Assembly (NCBI RefSeq): GCF_965217055.1 | Contig: NZ_OZ244227.1 | Span: 1,283,652-1,347,651, forward strand | From: Hyphobacterium sp. | GTDB taxonomy: Bacteria > Pseudomonadota > Alphaproteobacteria > Caulobacterales > Maricaulaceae | Length of the DNA stretch: 64,000 bases | Reading direction: 5' to 3' | Shown: one piece after another, positions 44,526 through 54,372 of the stretch | How the letters are laid out: each line of letters begins with the position of its first letter | Position numbering within the stretch: position 1 is the first letter of the stretch | Program-made: the position numbers and the translations under genes | Notes under the pieces: generated by a model | The model's database searches: none | Told to the model about the DNA's origin: nothing | What the model saw: the letters and a program-made list of their open reading frames with translations, nothing else

Positions 44526-46675
44526 ACGCCGGTGCCATCGATCCGGAGGCCTTTGTCCGCGACAAGGACGGCCATCGTGAAATGGACTTGCTGGTGTCGG
44601 GCGTGCACTGCGCCGGCTGCATTTCGCGCGTCGAAAGCGCGATGCGGGATTTTCCCGGCGTCAGCCAAGCGCGTTTGAACCTGTCGACCGGGCGGTTGTC
44701 GCTGGCCTGGTCTGGCGCTGCGGGACAGGCGCACGCCATGGTCCGGAAGCTCTCCGAGATCGGTTACCCGGCCACCCCATTCGAGCCTGAAACCGGAGCC
44801 GATACAGCCAGCCAGGAGGAAAGGCGGCTGGTGCAGGCCATGGCCGTCGCCGGGTTCGCGACCGCCAATGTGATGCTGTTTTCGGTCTCGGTCTGGTCCG
44901 GTGCGGTCGACATGACGCCGGAGACACGGGATTTCTTTCACTGGCTGTCGGCAATCATCGTTTTGCCAACCGTCGCCTATTCCGGCCGGCCCTTCTTTTC
45001 GTCGGCCTGGCGCGCGCTCAAGCATCGCCAGGTCAATATGGACGTGCCGATCTCGCTGGCCGTGCTGCTGGCCTGCGGCCTGTCCATCCATGAAACGCTG
45101 ATCGGCGCGGAGGAAGCCTATTTCGACGCCGCGGCGATGCTGCTCTTCTTCCTGCTGATCGGACGCTGGCTGGACAGCCGGTTGCGGGCCAAGGCCGGGG
45201 CGGCGGCGCGGCGGCTAGCGGCGATGCAGGCGGCCACAGCGAACCGGATCGAAACCGGCGGCCACATCAAGGCGGTCCCCGCGCGCGAGATCCGGCCCGG
45301 CGACCGGCTGCTGATTGCGGCCGGTGAGAAGGTCGCCGTCGATGGCGAAGTCGAAAGTGGCACCAGCCAGCTCGATGCGGCGCTGGTGACCGGCGAAACC
45401 CGGCCTCTGGAAGCTGCTCCCGGGACCGAGATCTTTTCCGGCATGGTCAATCTGGGCGCGCCGCTGACCGTGCGCGCCACCGCCCGCAAGGAGGACAGCC
45501 TGCTGGCGGAGATCACGCGGCTGGTCGAGGCCGGCGAGCAGAGCCGCTCGCGCTATGTCCGCCTCGCCGATCATGCCGCCCGTCTTTATGTCCCGATCGT
45601 CCATGGGCTGGCCGCGCTGACCGTGATCGGCTGGCTGATTGCGGGAGCCGAACCACGTACGGCGATCATCAATGCGATCGCGGTGCTGATCATCACCTGC
45701 CCGTGTGCGCTCGGGCTCGCGGTACCGGCCGTGCAGGTGGTGGCGTCGGGCCGGCTCTACCGCGCCGGTGTGCTGGTCAAATCCGGCGATGCGCTGGAAC
45801 GGCTTGCGGAAGCCGGTTCGGCTGCGTTCGACAAGACCGGGACGCTGACCGTGGGCAAGCCGCAGTTGGTCAATCGGGACGAGATTGCCGACGCGGATTT
45901 CGAACTGGCGGCGATGATTGCCCGCACCAGCCGCCACCCGCTGTCGCGCGCCATCGCCGATCCGGCGGGTATGGGCGAGGCAGCCTCGAATGTGACCGAA
46001 GTGCCCGGCGGCGGGCTGGAAGCCGAGATCGATGGCGAGACGGTGAGACTGGGATCGGCGCGCTGGCTCGGCCTGGAAACGCAATGCGATACCGCGTCGG
46101 AAGTCTGGTTGCAGCGCGGAGACCGAACACCGGTCCGGTTTGCCTTCTCGGACCGCCAACGGCCCGAAGCGGCAGAGAGCGTGCGGGCCGTCGAGGCGCT
46201 CGGCCTGCCGGCTGAAATCCTGTCGGGCGATCACGAAGCCGCGGTTCGCGGCATGGCGGAGACGCTGGCAATGCCGCGCTGGCGGGCCGGGTTGAAGCCG
46301 GCGGAAAAGATTGCTGCGCTGGACGAGGCGAGGGCGGCGGGACGACGCGTCCTGATGGTCGGCGACGGGCTGAATGACGCGCCTGCACTGGCGACAGCGC
46401 ATGTCTCGATGTCGCTGGCCAGCGCATCGGATATCAGCCAGGCGGCGGCAGATTTCGTGATCCAGCGGGATCGTTTACCGGCGATTGCCGAAACCATCGT
46501 TGTCGCGCGCAAGGCGCGGCGCCGGGTGCTCGAGAATTTCGGCCTCGCGGCGCTCTACAACATGATCGCCGTGCCGCTGGCGGTTTTCGGATTCGTCACA
46601 CCGCTGGTCGCTGCCATTGCCATGTCCGCCTCTTCGCTGCTGGTGACACTCAACGCGCTGAGGCTCGCGCGCTGA
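44513..46675 (+). CDS. ccoI: Copper-translocating P-type ATPase CcoI/FixI
   Basis: N-terminal HMA (GVHCAGCISRV), CPC in ITCPCALGLA, DKTGTLT phosphorylation site, GDGLNDAPAL. Confidence 0.9.
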   Translation: MAALDAGAIDPEAFVRDKDGHREMDLLVSGVHCAGCISRVESAMRDFPGVSQARLNLSTGRLSLAWSGAAGQAHAMVRKLSEIGYPATPFEPETGADTASQEERRLVQAMAVAGFATANVMLFSVSVWSGAVDMTPETRDFFHWLSAIIVLPTVAYSGRPFFSSAWRALKHRQVNMDVPISLAVLLACGLSIHETLIGAEEAYFDAAAMLLFFLLIGRWLDSRLRAKAGAAARRLAAMQAATANRIETGGHIKAVPAREIRPGDRLLIAAGEKVAVDGEVESGTSQLDAALVTGETRPLEAAPGTEIFSGMVNLGAPLTVRATARKEDSLLAEITRLVEAGEQSRSRYVRLADHAARLYVPIVHGLAALTVIGWLIAGAEPRTAIINAIAVLIITCPCALGLAVPAVQVVASGRLYRAGVLVKSGDALERLAEAGSAAFDKTGTLTVGKPQLVNRDEIADADFELAAMIARTSRHPLSRAIADPAGMGEAASNVTEVPGGGLEAEIDGETVRLGSARWLGLETQCDTASEVWLQRGDRTPVRFAFSDRQRPEAAESVRAVEALGLPAEILSGDHEAAVRGMAETLAMPRWRAGLKPAEKIAALDEARAAGRRVLMVGDGLNDAPALATAHVSMSLASASDISQAAADFVIQRDRLPAIAETIVVARKARRRVLENFGLAALYNMIAVPLAVFGFVTPLVAAIAMSASSLLVTLNALRLAR

Positions 46676-46857
46676 TGGATGTCCTGATTTTCCTCATTCC
46701 GATCGCGCTGGGCATGGGGCTTGTCGGGCTCGGCGCGTTCCTGTGGTCGCTGCGCTCGGGGCAATACGAGGATCTCGAAGGCGCCGCCCAGCGCATACTG
46801 ATCGACGATGACGATACGCCGCTGCCGGACGAGGATGCGGAAGGGGATAAGCGCTAG
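46675..46857 (+). CDS. ccoS: cbb3 oxidase maturation protein CcoS/FixS
   Basis: 60 aa. IFLIPIALGMGLVGLGAFLWSLRSGQYEDLEGAA is the CcoS signature. The start overlaps the ccoI stop. Confidence 0.85.
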   Translation: MDVLIFLIPIALGMGLVGLGAFLWSLRSGQYEDLEGAAQRILIDDDDTPLPDEDAEGDKR

Positions 46858-47450
46858 CCGCTATCGCGCGGGAAGAAACAGTCGACGAGGCTTTCGACGG
46901 CCGCGGCAAAGGCACGCGCGAACAATGCGTCTCCGAAAAGCTTGCGGTTCATGCAAACCATGGCGGCCGTTGTCATCCGGGCCGCGATCTCGGTGCGATC
47001 CGCTGCGCCGGGATCCTGAGCCCATGCCGCTATAAGTCGTTCGATGAAGGCGCGATCGGTCTCCTGATGGGCGGCCAGCCTGTCGGCCGGGACGCGGCGG
47101 AGAATCGCATCAGCTTCGCTTTTGTCAGACAGGATCGAGATCAGCGGATCCTCGAAGGATTGTTTAAGCAAGGCCGCCAGCTTCGCAGCCAGTTCAGCCC
47201 TGCCGGGCGTCGAGACCGGGATGGTCAGTGGCGTGCGCAGCGCTTCGTGTGCCTCTTCCAGCAAGTCGAGGAAAAGCGCCTCCTTGCCGGGATAGAATTT
47301 GTAGAACGACCCCTTGGCGATGCCGGCGGCACTGGCGAGTTGGGCAATCGTCGTCGCCAACACGCCACGCCGCGCAAACAGGTCGCGGCCGCAGGCCCGG
47401 ATGGCGTCCCGGATGCGATCACTCTCATGGCTGTTGAAGGCGCGCGGCAT
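46854..47450 (-). CDS. TetR/AcrR family transcriptional regulator
   Basis: HTH IRDAIRACGRDLFARRGVLATTIAQLASAAGIAKGSFYKFYPGKEALF. Confidence 0.85.
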   Translation of the reverse strand: MPRAFNSHESDRIRDAIRACGRDLFARRGVLATTIAQLASAAGIAKGSFYKFYPGKEALFLDLLEEAHEALRTPLTIPVSTPGRAELAAKLAALLKQSFEDPLISILSDKSEADAILRRVPADRLAAHQETDRAFIERLIAAWAQDPGAADRTEIAARMTTAAMVCMNRKLFGDALFARAFAAAVESLVDCFFPRDSG

Positions 47451-47466
47451 ACCCTCATAAAAACTA

Positions 47467-47493
47467 TTTGACTCATTTCGTCAATTGGTCAAA
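47467..47493. promoter_or_regulatory. Candidate operator of the second TetR regulator
   Basis: TTTGAC-N15-GTCAAA dyad with a nested TTGAC-N7-GTCAA, in the 67-bp divergent spacer. Confidence 0.35.
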
Positions 47494-47517
47494 TGTTGCT
47501 GCGGGAGAACTTTTCAC

Positions 47518-47925
47518 ATGGTCACGATCGACTGGAAGACCGCCGCAGGACTCGCCCTCGCCGGACCCTTGTTCGGCGCGGCAACGATCTTTGCGCTGAT
47601 CCAGGGGCTGGAGCATTACGTGGCGCTGGCGGCCATTCTGGTGATCGGGGTCGCGAGTGCGGTGAGGACAAGGCGGGCGGCGATGTGGACCGCATTTGCC
47701 GCCGGCTTCCTCGCCGCGCTCTCGGCCGTCCTTCTCCAGGCGATTTTCATCGATACCTATTTCGACAACAATCCTGAGTACGCGGAGATCGCGGTTCCGC
47801 TCGGCTTTTCAGCCGCCGCCTGGACAACGCTGTTCGCGCCGGTCGGCGGGCTCGTCATGGGCGTGCTGTGTCTGCTGGTGGCGGCGATCGCCAAGCTGGT
47901 CATGCCGAAAGGCCCGGCGACATGA
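47518..47925 (+). CDS. Four-TM membrane protein, unknown family
   Basis: 135 aa from ATG 47518, four hydrophobic helices. Its stop forms an ATGA overlap with the MAPEG gene. Confidence 0.7.
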   Translation: MVTIDWKTAAGLALAGPLFGAATIFALIQGLEHYVALAAILVIGVASAVRTRRAAMWTAFAAGFLAALSAVLLQAIFIDTYFDNNPEYAEIAVPLGFSAAAWTTLFAPVGGLVMGVLCLLVAAIAKLVMPKGPAT

Positions 47926-48326
47926 CGGTACCGGTTATCAGCGCTGACCTGTGGGCGCTTCTGGCCGCCATCGTGCTCGGTATCGCGCACTTGTCGATGT
48001 CGAGCATTCTGTCGCTGAAAGCGCTGGGACCAAGTTATATTCTCGGCAATCGCGAACAGCCGCGTACGCCTGACGGTCTGGCCGGCCGGATCGCCCGGGC
48101 TTATGGCAACTGGCTGGAGAATTTCGCGCAGTTCGCAGCGGCGGTTTTCCTGGTCCACGCGGCGGGCGAGGCGTCGGATCTCGCCGGCTGGGGCGCCTGG
48201 ATCTTCGTGATCGGCCGCCAGGCCTATGTCGCTGCCTATGCCTTTGCGCCGGCGGGTATCCGTCCGGCCTGCTGGATGGCCGCGCAGATCGGCGTGCTCG
48301 TTATCTTGTCCGACCTGTTCTTCTAG
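47922..48326 (+). CDS. MAPEG family protein
   Basis: 134 aa. ...[22 protein letters not shown]... and four TM helices fit the MAPEG family. Confidence 0.75.
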   Translation: MTVPVISADLWALLAAIVLGIAHLSMSSILSLKALGPSYILGNREQPRTPDGLAGRIARAYGNWLENFAQFAAAVFLVHAAGEASDLAGWGAWIFVIGRQAYVAAYAFAPAGIRPACWMAAQIGVLVILSDLFF

Positions 48327-48340
48327 AAAGGATATACATC

Positions 48341-48712
48341 ATGGAACTTGGCAATTTCTCCGTCAGCCTGGCGGTCAAGGATATTGCAGCGTCGCGCGCC
48401 TTCTATGAAGCGCTCGGGTTCGAGGTGTTTCACGACCAGACCGATCACGGCTGGATGATCCTGCGCAATGAGACGAGCACGATCGGCCTGTTCCAGGGCA
48501 TGTTCGAGAACAATATCCTGACCTTCAATCCGGGTTGGGACCGCGCCGGTCAGGCACTCGATGATTTCACCGATGTGCGGGACATTCAGAAAGCGCTCAA
48601 GGCGAAGGGCATCGCGCTGATCTCAGAGACCGACGAAGACGGGTCGGGCCCGGCAAGCGTCGTGATCCAGGACCCTGACGGGAACACCATTCTTATCGAT
48701 CAGCACGTCTAG
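48341..48712 (+). CDS. VOC (glyoxalase/bleomycin-resistance) family protein
   Basis: 123 aa. [24 protein letters not shown] and [12 protein letters not shown] are VOC-fold hallmarks. Confidence 0.85.
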   Translation: MELGNFSVSLAVKDIAASRAFYEALGFEVFHDQTDHGWMILRNETSTIGLFQGMFENNILTFNPGWDRAGQALDDFTDVRDIQKALKAKGIALISETDEDGSGPASVVIQDPDGNTILIDQHV

Positions 48713-48713
48713 A

Positions 48714-49493
48714 TCAGGCAGCGGCGAGCCGCGCTGACGGCCCGACGTCCGTGCACGCATCCTGGTAGGCACGCCAGCTGGCATGACCGAGCCAGGGGAA
48801 GACAATTGCCAGACCGATGAGGAAGAAGGCGGTTCCGATGATCGTCCAGAAGGCGATCAGCCAGGCCCATGTCAGCATGGCGAACGGATAGCGGCGGACC
48901 GCGGTGACCGAGGCGATCAGGGCGGTGGCGGCGTCAATCTCGCGATCGATCAACATGGGGAAGGAAATGGCCGAAATGGCGAAGGCTGCGAGCGCCAGTG
49001 CGGCGCCGATCACGGTGCCGACGACGGCCATGGTAAGGCCGGCGGGATCGCCGAGTATCCACGCGGTGAAGCCGGCAAAGGTCGTATAGTCCTGGCTCGC
49101 GAAATAAGCGTAGAGAAACTGGGCAATTCGCGCCCAGCCCAGGAGCAGAATGACGAGAAGCAGGCCGAGGAAGGCGACCTGGCTGATCTTCTCGCCAGAA
49201 ACCAGCCAGAGATCGCTGAAGGTCACAGACTTGCCTTCGTCGAGATGCTTGGAGACCTGGTAGATTCCGACCGCGAACATTGGGGCGATCAGGGCAAAGC
49301 CGGACAGCGCCACCGGGATCCAGGCCGACCAGCCGATGACAAAAAGACCAAGCGATAACAGCACGCCGACCCCCACGAAGATCAACCCGTATCCGATCGA
49401 CACGAAAGGCGCTCGGCTCAAATCACTTGCGCCCGCTTTCAGCCAGCGCATCGGCGCGCCCGGCCGGATCTCGTTAATTTCGACAGCTGCCAT
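48714..49493 (-). CDS. DUF2189-like integral membrane protein
   Basis: 259 aa from ATG 49493 (MAAVEINEIRPGAPMRWLKAGASDL...), 5-6 TM helices. The track extension to 49739 has no coding character. Confidence 0.6.
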   Translation of the reverse strand: MAAVEINEIRPGAPMRWLKAGASDLSRAPFVSIGYGLIFVGVGVLLSLGLFVIGWSAWIPVALSGFALIAPMFAVGIYQVSKHLDEGKSVTFSDLWLVSGEKISQVAFLGLLLVILLLGWARIAQFLYAYFASQDYTTFAGFTAWILGDPAGLTMAVVGTVIGAALALAAFAISAISFPMLIDREIDAATALIASVTAVRRYPFAMLTWAWLIAFWTIIGTAFFLIGLAIVFPWLGHASWRAYQDACTDVGPSARLAAA

Positions 49494-49593
49494 GCGTTTT
49501 CCCCCAGGTAACCGCAAATAGAATAGGGCTATAGGCCCCGCCCCGCCCAGCGGCACAACGCCGCGCTTTCTATGAGGCAGAACTAGCGGCATT

Positions 49594-50304
49594 GTGAGCG
49601 GTATGGAAGCCTTGGCAGAGATCAGTTTCCTCGGCGGCCTGATCGCCGGGCTGGCGTCGAGCCTGCATTGCGCCGGCATGTGCGGCGGCATCGCCTCCGG
49701 GCTGATGTTCAGCCTGTCACCGTCGACCGATACCGGCACGCGGACCGGCGTGCTGATGGCGGCCCAGACCGGGAGGGTCCTGGCCTATGTGATCGCCGGA
49801 GGCGCAGTGGGCTTCGCCGGGACCGCGCTCTACGCGCAAATGGATTTTTCCGCCGCCCAGGCGGTGTTCCGCTGGGGCGCAGCGATGATGCTGGTCTGGA
49901 TCGGCTTCTCCCTGACGGGCTGGCTGCCCGGAATAGCCCGGCTCGACCGGGCGTTGGCCCCGGTCACACGGCTCGTGATGCGCCCGGCGCTGGTTATCGG
50001 CCCGGCCTCGCCACTGCTCGCCGGCCTGGCCTGGGGGGCCCTGCCTTGCGCCATGGTCTATGCGGCCCTGCTCTATGCCATGCTGAGCGGTAGCGCGCTG
50101 TCGGGCGCGCTGGTGATGCTGGGTTTCGGGGTCGGCACGCTGGCCTCCGTCACCGTGACCGCGCTCGGCATCAACTGGCTCGAACGCTCCGGACGGAAAG
50201 CCCGTTTCCGGCTGGTGTCAGGATTTGTCATCGCCTTGCTGGGCCTGGCGATGCTGGCCGTTCCGCCGGAAGTAATCGCAGCGCTGTGCCGGGTGCCGGG
50301 CTAA
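49594..50304 (+). CDS. DsbD_2 / TauE-SafE-like membrane protein (HCxxMCGG motif)
   Basis: 236 aa, about 6 TM helices. SLHCAGMCGGIASG near the N-terminus, as in the membrane proteins commonly found next to ccoS. Confidence 0.65.
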   Translation: MSGMEALAEISFLGGLIAGLASSLHCAGMCGGIASGLMFSLSPSTDTGTRTGVLMAAQTGRVLAYVIAGGAVGFAGTALYAQMDFSAAQAVFRWGAAMMLVWIGFSLTGWLPGIARLDRALAPVTRLVMRPALVIGPASPLLAGLAWGALPCAMVYAALLYAMLSGSALSGALVMLGFGVGTLASVTVTALGINWLERSGRKARFRLVSGFVIALLGLAMLAVPPEVIAALCRVPG

Positions 50305-50825
50305 CCCACGGTCGGGCGCACTATGTCCGGTCCCAGATTGCGCAAGACCTCGCCGGCATTGAAATCATTGGCCGGATCGCCGGACGGGCGGCGGCCCATC
50401 ACGATCTCGGCGCTGGCTTCATAGCGGGTGATTTCGCGATAACGGGTGTCGTTCCAGAACGGGTCGTGCCAGCCATACCAGCCCCAGCGCGGGTGGTAGT
50501 AGCGATAGTCGACATAGAAGCGGGAATAATAGGGATCGCCGCCCCAGGACCGGGTTTCCTCGTCGGTCGCGCGGGTGACCACGGTGAAGTTATTGTAGCC
50601 GTTCTCGCGCGTCAGCTCGGCCGCGCGGTACAGGAGGTAGGTCTCCACGGTCTCGCGGTCGGTCAGCGAATTGCCGGAAAAGGTGATGCGGTAACGATCG
50701 CGCTCGATACGCTGTTCGGAATAGCCGTAGGCGCTGCCATCGCTGCCGGACGCCTGGTAGGGGGTGGGCGTGGCACAGGCCGCGAGCAGTAGCCCGGCCA
50801 TCATCAAGAGTGCGGTGATCCGCAT
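50301..50825 (-). CDS. Lipoprotein (CC0125/CC1285-like), Tyr/Trp-rich C-terminus
   Basis: 174 aa from ATG 50825. Lipobox LLLAAC. YRITFSGNSLTDRETVETYLLYRAAELT core. The rest of track ORF 50301..51638 is shadow. Confidence 0.75.
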   Translation of the reverse strand: MRITALLMMAGLLLAACATPTPYQASGSDGSAYGYSEQRIERDRYRITFSGNSLTDRETVETYLLYRAAELTRENGYNNFTVVTRATDEETRSWGGDPYYSRFYVDYRYYHPRWGWYGWHDPFWNDTRYREITRYEASAEIVMGRRPSGDPANDFNAGEVLRNLGPDIVRPTVG

Positions 50826-50963
50826 GGGTGGTCTCCTTGTGTCACTGTCCCTGCACGGATTGATTATGGGGCGTCGACTGCGGATTTTCCAGAGAAACCC
50901 ATTCAGGCGGCGCTGCGATCGTGCAACGATGCGCGCTGAACCAGTGCCACAAAGGATTGTCCC

Positions 50964-51323
50964 ATGTTCCGTATTTTCGCCGGCGGCGTCGCAGCCGTCG
51001 CCCTTTTCGCCACTGCCAATGCCCTCACGCCGCAGGATGACATGACGTCGCGATGCGTCGACGAAGGCAATGATCCCGTGCAATGCGCCTGTGCCGCCGG
51101 GGTGATCGTCGACACGCTCGAAGACAATGAGATCGCCTTCATGCTGGAAATGATGGGATCGGATTCGCGTGAGGATCCGCAGCAAATGCTGTCGATTGCC
51201 GCGCAACACGGTCTCGACATGAGCGGGATCATGGCCATCGGCCAGAAAATGGCCGCCGCCGAACCGGGCATGCGCGAACAATGCGACATCGCGGATGACG
51301 CCGAGGACGGCGACGCCGGCTAG
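50964..51323 (+). CDS. Small secreted acidic protein, unknown family
   Basis: 119 aa. Signal peptide MFRIFAGGVAAVALFATANA/L, 4 Cys, acidic tail. Confidence 0.65.
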   Translation: MFRIFAGGVAAVALFATANALTPQDDMTSRCVDEGNDPVQCACAAGVIVDTLEDNEIAFMLEMMGSDSREDPQQMLSIAAQHGLDMSGIMAIGQKMAAAEPGMREQCDIADDAEDGDAG

Positions 51324-51325
51324 GC

Positions 51326-51598
51326 CTATTGCAGGCGCAGATCGACGTCGATGCCGCGCCAGTCCGACGGCGTGATCAGCCCGGCATGGGCAACCCGCAC
51401 GGAATGGATGACGGCCTCGATCTCGCGCTTCCAGAAATCCAGGAATTTGACGAGGCGCGGATAGTCCGGTGCCATGTCCAGCGTCTGCCAGACAAAACTC
51501 TGAAGCAGGCCGGGATGATCCGGCATGTGGTAATAGATCTCCGCCGTGGTGAGCCGCGCACCGGCAAGCTGGCTGACGAAACCCTGATCGCTTGGCAT
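51326..51598 (-). CDS. Usg family protein
   Basis: 90 aa from ATG 51598. TTAEIYYHMPDHPGLLQSFVWQTLDMAPDYPRLVKFLDFWKREIE matches the Usg family pattern. Confidence 0.75.
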   Translation of the reverse strand: MPSDQGFVSQLAGARLTTAEIYYHMPDHPGLLQSFVWQTLDMAPDYPRLVKFLDFWKREIEAVIHSVRVAHAGLITPSDWRGIDVDLRLQ

Positions 51599-51719
51599 GT
51601 CTGACCTCCCTTCCGCCGGGGAAGCCGTTGCCCGGCATCTGTAGTTTAGATCATGCCATACAATTGCTGAAGGATTTCTGAACCTTAGACTGTCAGCACA
51701 CGAAGCGCCCGGCTGCCAG

Positions 51720-53003
51720 TCAGTCGAGATCGTATTCGAGCACGACCAGTGGCGGCACTGATTCGGTCGGTCCGTCGCCATCGTTCGGCCACAACGCCCA
51801 CGGCGCATTCGCAACCACGAAGACGCGGTCGTCCTGTACGTCGAGCAAGGTCGGTTCGCCGAAATCGGCATGGCCGCGCAGCAGGATTTCGGTGCCGGCA
51901 ACACCAAGCCCGTCATCGGTCAGGTCGATCGCGAACACGGCGTTAGGGTTGAAGCCGTTGCGCACCGCGATCAGCCGCCCGTCGCGGGTCGCCGACAGGC
52001 CGTCAATGCCGAGCAGGCTTTCCTGGCCCGGCCGGACAAGCCGCGCCGTGCCATCGGCGAGGTCCACCCGCCACAGGCCGAGCGCGTAATCGGCGACATA
52101 GAGCGCGCCATCTGCGAGCGCGGCGCCCTGCAGGCTGGAAAAGCGCCGGTCCTCGGACAGGATTTCCAGCGACCCCGACAGCGAGGTCAGCTGATAGATG
52201 CGGTTGGCGCCGGAATCGACGGCGTAGACGATGCCATCGCGGGTGACGATGTCGGCGATGCGGTCCGCGGTCTCATGCTCATAGCGGCGGTAGAGATCGC
52301 CGGTCACGAGGTCGAGCGCGACCAGCGCCGTTGTGGCGTCCTCGCCATCGTCCAGCGGGGTTTGCGGCAGCGCGCCGGTGGCCACCCAGACGACGCGGTT
52401 GACATCGTCAGCGGCGATGCCGAACACGGATTGCAACCCGTCCCCGGCGTCCGCGAACACGCTGGCCTGCGTGCGGTCAAAAGGCTCGACGACCAGGACC
52501 TGGCGGCCGATCACGTCGGACAGGAAAAAGCGGTCGGTCTCGATCTCGACCGCGACGCCCTCGATCAGGCTGTCCGGCACATCGACGATCAGCGCCCGCT
52601 CGGCCTGGCCGACGGACCCGCCATTGCGGGCCAGTGCCGCGTCGAGTTCCGCATACCGATCCGGCATGGTTTCGCGCAGCCGGTCGGCGTGCTCGCCCAA
52701 TGCGGCCATGTCGAGATAAATGCCGGCCGCGGCCGCGCGCTCGAGCGAGGATATCAGCAATTCGTCATCGCCGGACAGAATGCCGAGCTGCCCGCTTCCG
52801 AACAGGACGGCCGGGCTGGCCGGCTGCAGGCCCAGGGCCGCGTCCATCATCCGCCGTGCGGTTTCAAAGTCACCGGCTTCGACCGCCCTCTGGGCTTCAT
52901 GGCGCAAGGCGAAGGAGGTCTCTGCAGGGTTGACCGGTGCCGGATCCTCCTGCGCATAGGCGGCGGAGCCAAAGAGGCACAATGCGGCAATCGAACGGAT
53001 CAT
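51720..53003 (-). CDS. Secreted TPR plus beta-propeller-like (SGL/NHL-like) protein
   Basis: 427 aa from ATG 53003. Signal peptide MIRSIAALCLFGSAAYA/Q, N-terminal helical repeats, then repeated ...DG.LYV.D... blade-like segments. Confidence 0.7.
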   Translation of the reverse strand: MIRSIAALCLFGSAAYAQEDPAPVNPAETSFALRHEAQRAVEAGDFETARRMMDAALGLQPASPAVLFGSGQLGILSGDDELLISSLERAAAAGIYLDMAALGEHADRLRETMPDRYAELDAALARNGGSVGQAERALIVDVPDSLIEGVAVEIETDRFFLSDVIGRQVLVVEPFDRTQASVFADAGDGLQSVFGIAADDVNRVVWVATGALPQTPLDDGEDATTALVALDLVTGDLYRRYEHETADRIADIVTRDGIVYAVDSGANRIYQLTSLSGSLEILSEDRRFSSLQGAALADGALYVADYALGLWRVDLADGTARLVRPGQESLLGIDGLSATRDGRLIAVRNGFNPNAVFAIDLTDDGLGVAGTEILLRGHADFGEPTLLDVQDDRVFVVANAPWALWPNDGDGPTESVPPLVVLEYDLD

Positions 53004-53077
53004 GGAAAACTCACAGATTGGCGGGCGGGTATAGGACGATATTTGCGCGTGCTGCGCATCTGACATTTCGGTGAGGT

Positions 53078-54310
53078 CTATTCGTTCTCGCCGAGACGCT
53101 TTCTTCGCGCTGCCATCAGCTGCAGGCGCAGCGCATTGAGGCGGATGAAGCCCTGCGCATCCTTCTGGTCGTAGACATCGTCTTCTTCGAAGGTGACGTG
53201 TTCGAGGCTGTAGAGCGAGGCCGGCGAATGCCGGCCGACGACATTGACCGAGCCTTTGAACAGGCGCAGGCGGACATCGCCGGTCACATATTTCTGGGAC
53301 AGGTCGATCGCGGCCTGAAGCATTTCGCGCTCCGGCGAGAACCAGAAGCCCTCATAGAGGATCTTGGCGTATTTCGGCATCAGCTCGTCCTTGAGATGCA
53401 TGGCGCCGCGATCGAGCGTGATCTGCTCGATGCCGCGGTGCGCTGCCATCAGGATGGTGCCGCCGGGCGTTTCATAGATGCCGCGCGACTTCATGCCGAC
53501 AAAGCGGTTTTCGACGAGGTCGAGCCGGCCGATACCGTGGCCGTGGCCGATCTCGTTGAGCTTCTCGATCAGGGCGGCGGGCGGCAGGGCCTCGCCATTG
53601 ATGGCGACCGCATCGCCTTTTTCAAAGGAGATGACGACATGTTCCGCCTCGTCCGGCGCGAGCTGCGGGGCGAGCGTGCGCTGGAACGTGTCCTCAAAGG
53701 CCTCGGCGGACGGATCCTCGAGATTCTTGCCTTCCGAAGAGGTGTGCCAGAGATTGGCATCGACCGAGAAGGGCGCCTCGCCGCGCTTGTCTTTCGGGAC
53801 CTGCAGCCCACGGCTCTCGGCATAGGCGATCAGCTTGGTGCGCGAGGTCAGATCCCATTCGCGCCAGGGCGCGATGACGTGCAGGCCCGGATCGAGGGCG
53901 GCAAAGGCCAATTCGAACCGCACCTGGTCATTGCCCTTGCCGGTGGCGCCGTGCGCAACGGCATCTGCGCCGGTGGCATGGGCGATCTCGACCAGGCGCT
54001 TGGCGATCAGCGGGCGGGCAATCGAGGTGCCGAGCAGATAAAGCCCTTCATAGACCGCATTGGCCCTGACCATCGGGTAGATGTAGTCGCGGGCAAATTC
54101 CTCGCGCATATCCTCGATGAAGATGTGTTCCGGCTTGACCCCTGCCGCCAGTGCCTTGTCGCGCGCCGGCTCGATCTCCTCGCCCTGGCCGAGATCGGCG
54201 GTGAAGGTCACGACTTCGGCGTCATAGGCCTCCTGAAGCCATTTCACCGCGATGGATGTGTCCAGCCCGCCGGAATAGGCGAGGACGACCCGGTTGATCT
54301 TGCGCGTCAT
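53078..54310 (-). CDS. argG: Argininosuccinate synthase
   Basis: [15 protein letters not shown]-binding start, [32 protein letters not shown]. Confidence 0.97.
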   Translation of the reverse strand: MTRKINRVVLAYSGGLDTSIAVKWLQEAYDAEVVTFTADLGQGEEIEPARDKALAAGVKPEHIFIEDMREEFARDYIYPMVRANAVYEGLYLLGTSIARPLIAKRLVEIAHATGADAVAHGATGKGNDQVRFELAFAALDPGLHVIAPWREWDLTSRTKLIAYAESRGLQVPKDKRGEAPFSVDANLWHTSSEGKNLEDPSAEAFEDTFQRTLAPQLAPDEAEHVVISFEKGDAVAINGEALPPAALIEKLNEIGHGHGIGRLDLVENRFVGMKSRGIYETPGGTILMAAHRGIEQITLDRGAMHLKDELMPKYAKILYEGFWFSPEREMLQAAIDLSQKYVTGDVRLRLFKGSVNVVGRHSPASLYSLEHVTFEEDDVYDQKDAQGFIRLNALRLQLMAARRKRLGENE

Positions 54311-54372
54311 GCTGCGCCTCCCGAAACCCTGTTCGGGCGAAAACTATCGCATGGCCTAGGGCGCGCAAGCGA

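Noticed and set aside
39047-46402. Minus-strand ORFs inside the cco cluster (39047..40009, 40528..41514, 41511..42551, 43183..43818, 45215..46402).
   Set aside because: They lie opposite unmistakable ccoN/O/P/G/I genes and are shadow ORFs.
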